A DNA stretch of 64,000 nt from Alphaproteobacteria bacterium (lineage in GTDB: Bacteria > Pseudomonadota > Alphaproteobacteria > GCA-2746255), in contig OZ252220.1 in the NCBI GenBank assembly GCA_965249135.1, positions 1,792,001-1,856,000 of the forward strand. The letters run 5' to 3'. Below the pieces are notes generated by a model that was given only the letters and a program-made list of their open reading frames with translations, did not search any database and was not told the DNA's origin. Position numbers and translations under genes: made by a program. This document shows positions 27,971 to 36,787 of the stretch, in pieces (the stretch's first letter is position 1; each line of letters starts with the position of its first letter).

Positions 27971-29812
27971 ATGTCACAAGCGTTGCTGAACAAATTTAAA
28001 CGCCCGGCCGAAGCCGTTTGGCTGTCGGTGCGGCAACGGCTGGGAATCACGGGATTGCTGCTCTGCCTGTCGCTCGCGCAGGGGTTCGCCGCCCTGTTCG
28101 GCATTACTGCTTTTGTTCCGATCATCCAGCTGATGAGCGGAGAGGCCGCTGGCGGCCAGCAACGACTGCCGATCGTCGACGATCTTGTCAGTTTCTTGGG
28201 TGGCTATGGATCCGAAACGTTCTATTGGCTTGTCGGTATTCTTTTACTGCTGGGCCTAACGAAGGGCGTTCTGCAATTCGGATATCAGTACTTCCTAATG
28301 CGGCTGAAACTTTTCGTCATCGCCCATTGGCAGCGACGCATCGTCTTCAAGTGGATCAACGCGCCCTACGAACAACACAGCCGCCAACGTTCGGCTAACT
28401 TACTGAATCTGACGGCCAACGAAGTTGGCCATATGGGAAACAGCATATCCTCCGTGATCATTGGGCTGGGGGCTGTGTTACAGATAGCACTTGCCTTGGC
28501 CTTTCTTGCCGCGGTCTCGATTACCGCACTTGCCGCACTGCTTATCGCGCTGTTCATCGTGGCCATGCCGATATTCTTCATCGCGAAACGCTTGTTTTCC
28601 GCCGCGTCGAAGGAAGCCGAAGGGCTGCGCGGTTACACCGAGCGTGTTCACGACATCATCAAGCGCATCGAGCTGATCGACCTTGTCAGAACATGGGCTC
28701 AGGAGGAGTCACTGGCGCAACAAAGCTTTGGCACCCATATCAGAAACAAGTCCCGGTTGTACCGCCTGCGTCTCCTCGCCCCGTTTTCGATCCAGACAAC
28801 GCTAACGATTATCGTGTCGGGCCTGATCATCTTCCTTTTCGAAACGGAAACTGGTTCCGCCCCGCTCGGCACGTTTCTGATGTTCATAGGCGGCTTGATC
28901 ATAATCCAGCCCCAACTGGAGGCCCTCGTCACCGCGCTCAATGAATTTATCCGCATCGGCGCCGCCTACGATCAGATGCTCGCCGTGCTGAATCTGCCCG
29001 ACCGCCCGAAGGCTCTTCCGCAATTGTCGCCGTCGGCGACACCGGAAACGCCATACAAGATCCAGGTCCGGGATCTCAGTTTCAGCTATAGCTCGGAGCA
29101 TGAAACGGTGCCGGTTCTCCGGCACGCCGCGGTGAATTTGCGAGCGGGCGGACTCTACATGGTTTTTGGCGAGACCGGTGCCGGCAAGACGACGTTCCTA
29201 CGGCTGCTGCAAGGATTGCTGCAACCAGATCGGGGAACAATCCTCATGGACGGTGTTCGCGCCGATACCCTGGACCGGGAAGAGATGGTGCGGAAGATAT
29301 TGATGATGCCGCAGGATTATCTCGTGTTTACGGGGACGATCCGCGAGAATCTTGAATACGGCATGGGTTCGATCTCCAACGAGAAGATCGAGCGTGCACT
29401 GCAACTTGCCGGCGCGGAGGATTTCGTCGCCAAGCTGCCCAGCGGTATCGACACCGATATTGGTCGCGACGGCGCCTTGCTTTCCGGCGGTCAACGGCAA
29501 CGGGTCGCCCTTGCGCGAGTCATTGTGGCGGCGCCGCAGATCATGCTTTTCGACGAACCGACCAGCGCCTTGGATCGTCATATGGAGCGCCATATCATGG
29601 CCGGCATGGACGAACTCTGCTCCCAAGGACACACCATCGTCATGTCCACGCACAAAATCGATCTGGCACCGTTGGCCGATGAATTGTTGTGGTTCAGCGA
29701 CGGCACAATCGTTCAAGGGTCGTACGACGATTTCAGCCGGATTCTTTCTGAAACGCATCGAGTGGCGCGGCGGGTAAGCAGCGCTACAGCCGAGCGTTTC
29801 GAGGGTTTTTAG
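27971..29812 (+). CDS. ABC transporter, fused permease/ATPase (MsbA/PglK-like, putative glycan flippase)
   Basis: Multiple TM helices, GETGAGKT, LSGGQRQR, LFDEPTS. Confidence 0.9.
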   Translation: MSQALLNKFKRPAEAVWLSVRQRLGITGLLLCLSLAQGFAALFGITAFVPIIQLMSGEAAGGQQRLPIVDDLVSFLGGYGSETFYWLVGILLLLGLTKGVLQFGYQYFLMRLKLFVIAHWQRRIVFKWINAPYEQHSRQRSANLLNLTANEVGHMGNSISSVIIGLGAVLQIALALAFLAAVSITALAALLIALFIVAMPIFFIAKRLFSAASKEAEGLRGYTERVHDIIKRIELIDLVRTWAQEESLAQQSFGTHIRNKSRLYRLRLLAPFSIQTTLTIIVSGLIIFLFETETGSAPLGTFLMFIGGLIIIQPQLEALVTALNEFIRIGAAYDQMLAVLNLPDRPKALPQLSPSATPETPYKIQVRDLSFSYSSEHETVPVLRHAAVNLRAGGLYMVFGETGAGKTTFLRLLQGLLQPDRGTILMDGVRADTLDREEMVRKILMMPQDYLVFTGTIRENLEYGMGSISNEKIERALQLAGAEDFVAKLPSGIDTDIGRDGALLSGGQRQRVALARVIVAAPQIMLFDEPTSALDRHMERHIMAGMDELCSQGHTIVMSTHKIDLAPLADELLWFSDGTIVQGSYDDFSRILSETHRVARRVSSATAERFEGF

Positions 29813-29813
29813 A

Positions 29814-29842
29814 TTGACAGAGCCCGCATTCAATCCTAATCG
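29814..29842 (+). promoter_or_regulatory. Possible sigma70 promoter for the downstream SIS/cyclase cassette
   Basis: TTGACA (29814-29819), 17-nt spacer, TAATCG, in a 165-bp intergenic gap. Confidence 0.35.
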
Positions 29843-29977
29843 GAAGCCGGCAGATCAGAAGATACCTGGGTACCGGGCAGTGACTGCGGCGACAGAAGCA
29901 GTGCTCAAAAAGGACATAGCAAGTGACGCGCATTTTGCTCCCGGCCGCCAGCAAGTACCCACGGACCCGAATCGACG

Positions 29978-30595
29978 ATGAGTGAAGAACAACAATCGGC
30001 TGACGTGGCGGTCAGTTTCCTGAGAGCTGTACAGCAGCACCTTGCCCCCTCAGAGCGGATTTTAACGGACCTCCGCACGATCTACGACCTGCTGCGCCAA
30101 ACCTCGCGTCAGGGAGGACGAGTCCTAATCGTCGGCAACGGCGGCTCCGCGGCTATCGCGTCACATGTCGCGACCGACATGACAAAGAACGCCGGCATCC
30201 GCAGCCTGACATTTTCGGACGCATCGATGATCTCCTGCCTGGCCAATGACTATGGTTTTGAGAATTGGATGCATCATGCCGTTAGGCTTCATGCCCAATG
30301 GGACGACATGCTTATTGCCATCAGTTCGTCCGGCCGGTCCGCCAACATACTTGGCGCGGTGGAACAGGCGCACAAGATGGACCTGCCGGTAGTCACTCTA
30401 ACGGGCTTCGATGTGGACAATCCGGTCCGAGAACTCGGCGACGCCAATCTCTGGGTGGACAGTCGTGCCTACAACGTAGTGGAAACGGTTCACCAGACGT
30501 GGTTGCTGTGCTTGGTCGATATGATTATCGGCAAAAGTGAATATTTGGCAACGCGGGTCGCGCAGCCGACGCTGGTGACCAGGACGACGTCGTGA
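29978..30595 (+). CDS. SIS-domain sugar phosphate isomerase (GmhA-like)
   Basis: GNGGSAAIASH, ANDYG, AISSSGRSAN, VETVH. Confidence 0.88.
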   Translation: MSEEQQSADVAVSFLRAVQQHLAPSERILTDLRTIYDLLRQTSRQGGRVLIVGNGGSAAIASHVATDMTKNAGIRSLTFSDASMISCLANDYGFENWMHHAVRLHAQWDDMLIAISSSGRSANILGAVEQAHKMDLPVVTLTGFDVDNPVRELGDANLWVDSRAYNVVETVHQTWLLCLVDMIIGKSEYLATRVAQPTLVTRTTS

Positions 30596-31605
30596 CAGTC
30601 TCGAATTCTGTATTCCGGGCGGGACTCATCGGTCTGGGGGGGATGGGGAAGATCCACGATCGCGTCCTGGCGGGTATCGACGATATTGACGTGATCGCCA
30701 TATTCGACCCCGAGCCGGTCGACGATCCGCGCGCGGTCGCAGATGCCGCTGCGATACTGAACCACCCTGATATCAACGTCGTCTATATCGCGACCCCGAA
30801 TCACCTAACCGTCGACTACGGCATCGCGGCCCTTGAGCGGGGAAAGCACATCTTCTGCGAGAAGCCCTTGGGCTGTTCAGGCTCTGACGCCGCCCGCTTG
30901 GTTGCGGCGTCCCTCAAGGCCCCTGAATGTGTCGTCAAAGTTGGCCTCAATCATCGCTACATGGTCCACTACCGGGAGGCCAAGCGACTCATTCAATCCG
31001 GCAAGTACGGTCGGATTTTGTGGATTCGCGGACGCTACGGTAAGGGCAGCGACGAACTTTACCCGAAGAGTTGGCGCGCAAAAAAGGATCAGGCGGGCGG
31101 CGGCATTCTGATCGACCAGGGCATCCATATGATCGACCTAGCGCTCGACATACTCAACGAGCCGATCATCGAGAAAAAAAGTTTCCTTTCGAGCCGACGC
31201 TGGCCGGAAATCGACACGGAGGACAACGCGTTCGTTCTGCTGCGCAGCGAATCGGGCGTGACAGTATCCGTGCACTCCTCGATCACGCAATACAATCACA
31301 TCTTTTCGCTCGAGATTGGCCTCGAGTACGGCTTGGTCGAAGTAAATGGCGTGCTGAGCTCCACGAAGAGTTACGGGAAGGAACGCCTTATCATCCATCA
31401 CAGTTGGAAAGACAATTTTTGTCATGAGAATACGTTCACTTACCGATCCAACGATTACTACACGATTAGGAACGAAAGCATCGACTTCATCGATGTCATT
31501 CGTACCGGCCGCCGCGAATTCGACGGCAACCTGGCGCAGGCAGTCAGGTTGATGGAGATAATCGATGAGATCTACAGTGCTGACGATATCTTTCAACAGT
31601 ACTGA
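30592..31605 (+). CDS. Gfo/Idh/MocA family oxidoreductase
   Basis: GLIGLGGMG, ATPN, FCEKP, GGGILIDQGIHMID. Confidence 0.9.
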   Translation: MTVSNSVFRAGLIGLGGMGKIHDRVLAGIDDIDVIAIFDPEPVDDPRAVADAAAILNHPDINVVYIATPNHLTVDYGIAALERGKHIFCEKPLGCSGSDAARLVAASLKAPECVVKVGLNHRYMVHYREAKRLIQSGKYGRILWIRGRYGKGSDELYPKSWRAKKDQAGGGILIDQGIHMIDLALDILNEPIIEKKSFLSSRRWPEIDTEDNAFVLLRSESGVTVSVHSSITQYNHIFSLEIGLEYGLVEVNGVLSSTKSYGKERLIIHHSWKDNFCHENTFTYRSNDYYTIRNESIDFIDVIRTGRREFDGNLAQAVRLMEIIDEIYSADDIFQQY

Positions 31606-31638
31606 TTACAGCAATCGTATATCCATATTCGTGATTGG

Positions 31639-32313
31639 GTGAGGGTCGACATGAGAGCTGTCGCAGTCGTTGGCATCAAGACCAACAATGTGAGGATGCC
31701 GGGCAAGAATACCCGGCCCCTGGGTGGCGTGCCACTCTACGCGCATGTCTGGCGCATGCTGTTGGAGACGGTTAGGATCGACCGTGTTCTGGTCGATTCT
31801 TCGGATCAAGCGATCCTCGCGTCGGCGGTCGAACACGGGTTTGATACGCACGCACGCGATCCCGCATTAAACGGACCGGAGACGAGCGGGCACGATCTTA
31901 TTCGCAACCTGCTGCCTGTCATTCAGGAAGAGATTATTTGCCAAATCTTCGTCACCACGCCGTTCATCCGCGCGGAGTCTGTCGACGGCGCCATTCAGGC
32001 GCTGGTCGACCACTGGGACACGGCGGACAGCGTCGTCCCGGTCTATCCCGTGTACGATCGGTTCTGGCACAATGGGAACCCCGTCGCGCATGATCCACGT
32101 AGCCTCGTCGGCACCCAGTTCATGGCGCCGTTGATGCGGGAAAGCGGCTTCTACGTCTTCAAGACCTCAGCGTTTGCTGAAGAAGACTGTCGCGTCACTG
32201 CGCGGCGCCTATTCATTGAGTTGAGTGAGCAGGAGTGTGTCGACATCGACACCGAGATCGATTTTTTGCGCGCGGAATCAATGTTGCGGCGGCAACAATC
32301 GGCACCGTCATGA
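31639..32313 (+). CDS. Cytidylyltransferase (NeuA/KdsB-like, divergent)
   Basis: IKTNNVRMPGKNTRPLGG, TTPFI, ECVDIDTEIDF. Confidence 0.8.
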   Translation: MRVDMRAVAVVGIKTNNVRMPGKNTRPLGGVPLYAHVWRMLLETVRIDRVLVDSSDQAILASAVEHGFDTHARDPALNGPETSGHDLIRNLLPVIQEEIICQIFVTTPFIRAESVDGAIQALVDHWDTADSVVPVYPVYDRFWHNGNPVAHDPRSLVGTQFMAPLMRESGFYVFKTSAFAEEDCRVTARRLFIELSEQECVDIDTEIDFLRAESMLRRQQSAPS

Positions 32314-33398
32314 CAATGCTGGATCGCATCGACATACAGGCGGCGCGGCACCCTTACTCCGTGCGGTTCTCCGAAACACCATTTGCCGGCCTCGTACCCG
32401 CAACTTCCCCCCCGCGTCACGTCTTCATCGACCGGCGTGTCGCCCAGCTGCATCGCGCGCATCTTGGCGCCTTGTCTGACGCACGTTCCGTTCTGGAACT
32501 CGACGCCACCGAAACCGCCAAGTCTCTCGATCAACTCACCGGCTATGTCGAGCACTTGGTGGCTCACGGCTTTCGCCGCGATCACCTGCTCGTCGCGGTG
32601 GGTGGCGGGATCATTCAAGACATCGTAGCCTTTATCGCGGCCACCCTGATGCGGGGCGTCGACTGGGTATTCTATCCAACGACGCTGCTCGCGCAGGCAG
32701 ATTCCTGTATCGGCTCAAAGAGTTCGATCAATGTCGGACAAGTCAAGAACCTTATGGGCTGCTTCTATCCGCCGCTGGACATCCAGATTTCGGTCGATCT
32801 GCTCGCGACGCTCGACGCGGTCGACCGCCGGTCCGGAATCGGCGAAATCTTGAAGGTGCACATTATCGATGGCCCGGAGAGTTTCACCTGGGCATCCGAT
32901 CACTACCAAGACCTACTGTCGGACGACGAAGTTCTTCGAGAGGGCATCGTAAGAGCGCTGTCGGTTAAAAAAAGATTTATCGAGGTTGACGAGTTCGACA
33001 CCGGTCTTCGTAGTATCTTCAACTACGGTCACACATTCGGCCACGCCATCGAAGCCGCCACCGACTTCGAGGTTCCCCACGGCATCGCGGTGTCGATCGG
33101 AATGGCCCTCGCCAATGCGATGTCCGTTGCGTTCGGCCGGATGTCGCGCGAGGACGAGAGCCGCATGCGGCCGACATTGGAGCAGAACGCTCAAGGATTC
33201 GGAGACGTGCCCTTGTCTATGACGACGTTCTTTGCGGCGCTCGCCAAGGACAAGAAGAACCAGGGGCAGCTCCAGACCGTCGTCTTGCCAGGGCTGGATT
33301 CACTCCCGGAGAAGGTTCAAGTGCCCCTGGATAAGACATTCAAGGATGTCTGCACCGGCTTCTTGGACGAGTCGAACCTGCTGACTCTCGCGAAATAG
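32310..33398 (+). CDS. AroB/3-dehydroquinate synthase-related sugar phosphate cyclase
   Basis: GGGIIQD, PTTLLAQADSCIGSK, GEILK, NYGHTFGHAIE, PHGIAV, DKKN; ATGA overlap with the upstream stop. Confidence 0.88.
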   Translation: MTMLDRIDIQAARHPYSVRFSETPFAGLVPATSPPRHVFIDRRVAQLHRAHLGALSDARSVLELDATETAKSLDQLTGYVEHLVAHGFRRDHLLVAVGGGIIQDIVAFIAATLMRGVDWVFYPTTLLAQADSCIGSKSSINVGQVKNLMGCFYPPLDIQISVDLLATLDAVDRRSGIGEILKVHIIDGPESFTWASDHYQDLLSDDEVLREGIVRALSVKKRFIEVDEFDTGLRSIFNYGHTFGHAIEAATDFEVPHGIAVSIGMALANAMSVAFGRMSREDESRMRPTLEQNAQGFGDVPLSMTTFFAALAKDKKNQGQLQTVVLPGLDSLPEKVQVPLDKTFKDVCTGFLDESNLLTLAK

Positions 33399-33405
33399 CC
33401 CGAAT

Positions 33406-34377
33406 ATGAACGTCTTCATTTCCACGTTACCTTTTGGTGAGATCGACAAAGGGCCGCTCGAGTTGCTGGTCGAGGTCGGCGCTAAGGTCCTCGTCAACCC
33501 GACCGGTCGGAAGCTGAGGGATGGCGAAATAGACGCTTTCCTGGGCGACACGGATATTCTGATTGCCGGGACCGAGAATCTCGACGCTGCGAGCCTGTCA
33601 CAGGCCTCTCGTCTCAAGCAGATCAGTCGCGTCGGTATCGGCGTGGATTCCGTCGACTTGAATGCAGCGAGAACGCTCGGGATCGAAGTCACGAACACGC
33701 CCGATGGACCGACGGAGGCGGTGATCGACTTGGCGATCGGCCTGATGGTCTCGCTTCTGCGCAGAGTTCCAGAGGCTGATCGTTGTATCCGCAACGGTCA
33801 GTGGGATCGTCTGATGGGACGTCGGCTCGGGACATGCACGGTCGGCGTCATCGGAGTGGGACGGATTGGCGGTGGCCTAATCCGCCACCTTCGTCGCGCG
33901 TATCCCGGAATATATATCCTAGCCAACGATCCCGAGCCCAAGCCTGAGTTCGAAAACCTGTCAGATGTCGAATGGGTCGCCAAGTCCGAGATCCTAGAAC
34001 GCGCCGATGTTGTCACACTGCACGTTCCGCTGACCGACTTGACTCGGAACATGATCGATGGCGCGGCGTTGGCCAAGCTTCGACCCGACGCCGTTTTAAT
34101 CAATCTCGCCCGCGGCGGGATCATCGACGAGCAGGCGCTTTACGAATGTTTGAAGGCCGGAGAGATACAAGCGGCTGCGATCGACGTGTTTACCAAGGAG
34201 CCCTATCGCGGCGCGCTGGCCGAACTCGGCAACTGTCTTCTGACTGCCCACCAGGGGCCTTTGTCCGAGGACTGCCGCGCCTTGATGGAACGCCAGGCGG
34301 TGGAGGAAGCCGTTCGCTTCATCCGGGGTGAGCGCCGCCACAACGTGGTCGTGCCCGGCCGCCGAGCGGAGCCGTGA
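33406..34377 (+). CDS. D-isomer-specific 2-hydroxyacid dehydrogenase (SerA-like, no ACT domain)
   Basis: SRVGIGVDSVD, GVIGVGRIG, LHVPLT, INLARG, IDVF..EP. Confidence 0.9.
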   Translation: MNVFISTLPFGEIDKGPLELLVEVGAKVLVNPTGRKLRDGEIDAFLGDTDILIAGTENLDAASLSQASRLKQISRVGIGVDSVDLNAARTLGIEVTNTPDGPTEAVIDLAIGLMVSLLRRVPEADRCIRNGQWDRLMGRRLGTCTVGVIGVGRIGGGLIRHLRRAYPGIYILANDPEPKPEFENLSDVEWVAKSEILERADVVTLHVPLTDLTRNMIDGAALAKLRPDAVLINLARGGIIDEQALYECLKAGEIQAAAIDVFTKEPYRGALAELGNCLLTAHQGPLSEDCRALMERQAVEEAVRFIRGERRHNVVVPGRRAEP

Positions 34378-34447
34378 CCCGCACGCACGTGGACTCCCAT
34401 CCGCAGGAAAAGTAATTACGACGGAATGGCAACACACGGATCGTATT

Positions 34448-35767
34448 TTGAAATCTGACTCCATCGGTATCGAGCTTCATCGCGTGGCCGAAAAGCTATT
34501 CCCGATTTGCCGCAGCATTACGGGTGACGGTGTGCGGCAGACGATCGATGTGCTGAGCCGTAATTTCACGCCGTTCGAAGTTGCCGAAGTGCCCTCTGGG
34601 ACACGGTGCTTCGACTGGACTGTCCCCGATGAGTGGAACATACGTGGCGCGCGCCTGATCGCCCCGGACGGATCTACGGTCGCCGACTTCCAGGAAAACA
34701 ATTTGCACGTGGTCGGCTATTCCGAGCCGGTCGATGTCGAGATTGGACTCGAGGAGCTGCAGCAACACTTGCATTCGCTCGATGCGCTCCCGGAGGCGAT
34801 TCCCCATGTGACCAGCTACTACCGAAGGAATTGGGGATTCTGCCTACCTCACGGACAGCGGGAGCAATTACCGAAGGGTACGTATCGTGCCGTGATCGAC
34901 AGCACGTTAGCTCCGGGATCGATGACCATCGGGGAGTATGTGCTTCCAGGTGAGAGCGCCGACGAGGTCCTGGTGTCGTCCTACGTATGCCATCCGTCCA
35001 TGGCGAATAACGAACTGTCGGGACCGATCGTCGCAAGCGCCATCGGCCGCTGGCTCGGCGAGGAAAAACGGCGATTCACTTACCGCATCGCGCTCTTCCC
35101 GGAAACGGTCGGTTCGATCGTCTATCTCAGCCGCAGGCTGGAGCACCTGAAGCAACGACTGATTGCCGGGTTTCACCTCTCCTGCATCGGCGACGAGCGG
35201 GCCTATTCATTTATTGCAACACCGAGCACCGATACATTTGCCGACCGCGTGGCGCGGCATGTCTACAAGTCAATAGATCCGGGTGCTATCGAATACGATT
35301 TCCTCGATCGTGGCAGCGACGAACGGCAGTTTTGCGCACCCAATGTCGATTTGCCGGTCGTCACATTGATGCGGTCACGGTTCGGCAGCTTTCCAGAATA
35401 TCACACCTCACTTGACGATCTGACTCTGGTTACGCCCGCAGGGCTGGAAGGTGGGTTCTTGGCGGTAAAGCGCTGCATCGAGACCATCGAAGCCGCTTGT
35501 GTGCCGCGGGCCACGCGAACGGGAGAACCGCAGCTGCGGAACTACGAGCTTCGTCCTGATACGTCGACCCGTGATCTCGGCGACTTTTTTCGCCTCGTCA
35601 GCGATGTCCTTGCCTTTGCCGATGGACGCAGGGACTTGGTCGAGCTGAGCGATCGCATCCGGCGGCCTGCCTGGGAGGTGGTTTCGGTCATTGAGCACCT
35701 GGAATCCCATGGCCTCATTGAGCGCTTGCCGGGTACCCGGTCGGGCGGTGGTGTGGATGGTGGCTGA
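34448..35767 (+). CDS. DUF4910/DUF2172 aminopeptidase-like protein with C-terminal HTH (Cj1295-like); start uncertain
   Basis: LFPICRSITGDGVR, DWTVPDEWNI, TSYY, CHPSMANNELSGP, PETVGS, RGSDERQF, EYHTSLDD. Confidence 0.88.
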   Translation: MKSDSIGIELHRVAEKLFPICRSITGDGVRQTIDVLSRNFTPFEVAEVPSGTRCFDWTVPDEWNIRGARLIAPDGSTVADFQENNLHVVGYSEPVDVEIGLEELQQHLHSLDALPEAIPHVTSYYRRNWGFCLPHGQREQLPKGTYRAVIDSTLAPGSMTIGEYVLPGESADEVLVSSYVCHPSMANNELSGPIVASAIGRWLGEEKRRFTYRIALFPETVGSIVYLSRRLEHLKQRLIAGFHLSCIGDERAYSFIATPSTDTFADRVARHVYKSIDPGAIEYDFLDRGSDERQFCAPNVDLPVVTLMRSRFGSFPEYHTSLDDLTLVTPAGLEGGFLAVKRCIETIEAACVPRATRTGEPQLRNYELRPDTSTRDLGDFFRLVSDVLAFADGRRDLVELSDRIRRPAWEVVSVIEHLESHGLIERLPGTRSGGGVDGG

Positions 35768-35797
35768 GGGCGTCCGACACAGAAATGCCGAAAAATC

Positions 35798-36772
35798 ATG
35801 AGTGACGCGATTCAAGTCTATGTCGGGACCGACCGTTCGCAGGCTCTGGCGGTCGAAGTTCTAGCCTATTCGATCCTTCGTCACACAAACCGGACGGTTG
35901 AGGTCCACTCGATGCTCGATCTGGATATCCCGGCGCCGAAGGATATCCGGCAAGGTCAACGCACCGGTTTTTCGTTCGCGCGGTGGGCGATCCCCGAGCT
36001 CACAGGCTATCGCGGTCGGGCGATCTACGTCGACGCGGATATGCAGGTATTCAGGGACATCCACGAACTCTGGAGCGTGCCCATGGATAGTGCCAAGATC
36101 GCCGTTCTGGAACCGCAGCGCGAGACCGGACACAACATTCACCACAAAGCCAACGAGACCTCGGTGATGGTGCTCGACTGTGCCCGCTGCGACTGGACGC
36201 TCCAGGAACTGGTCGACGGATTGGACGGGCGGTACAGCTATGAGCAGATGATGTCGGACCTGCGTTTCCTTGGTGATCGCGACATCGCCCGGACAATTCC
36301 CGCGGACTGGAACCGGTTGGAATATTACACGCCGACCACCGGCCTGCTTCATTACACGATCATGTCGACGCAGCCCTGGGTATCGGCGCGCAACCCTCTC
36401 GCTCATCTCTGGATCGAGGAGGTCAGGCACATGATCGGGGAGGGGGCTCTTGAGATTTCAAAGATCAAACAGGAGATCGATCTCGGTTATTTCCGGCCAT
36501 CGTTGATGGTGGAAATAGAAGAGGGGCCAGTGAACAGCACGGACGATCGACGAATCCGCCAACTTGAAGAAATCGACCGTGCGGCGGGCTATGTTCCACA
36601 CCGCAGTGTCAAGGAATTCGACAGGCAGCGGGCCGCCACCGTGGCCGCATACGAACGCCGGTTGGCGCGCGAAAAAGGCGCGATGCCTTATGCCCGTTTC
36701 GTAGGCGCGGAAATGTTTTACGCTGGCCGGAACAAGGCCGCCGCCTTGAAGCGTCGTATCCTGGGCGGTTGA
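35798..36772 (+). CDS. GT-A glycosyltransferase (GT8-like)
   Basis: VYVG, TGFSFARW, AIYVDADM, SVMVLDC, WN, LLHYT, QPW. Confidence 0.72.
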   Translation: MSDAIQVYVGTDRSQALAVEVLAYSILRHTNRTVEVHSMLDLDIPAPKDIRQGQRTGFSFARWAIPELTGYRGRAIYVDADMQVFRDIHELWSVPMDSAKIAVLEPQRETGHNIHHKANETSVMVLDCARCDWTLQELVDGLDGRYSYEQMMSDLRFLGDRDIARTIPADWNRLEYYTPTTGLLHYTIMSTQPWVSARNPLAHLWIEEVRHMIGEGALEISKIKQEIDLGYFRPSLMVEIEEGPVNSTDDRRIRQLEEIDRAAGYVPHRSVKEFDRQRAATVAAYERRLAREKGAMPYARFVGAEMFYAGRNKAAALKRRILGG

Positions 36773-36787
36773 GGAACAGTAACTCGC

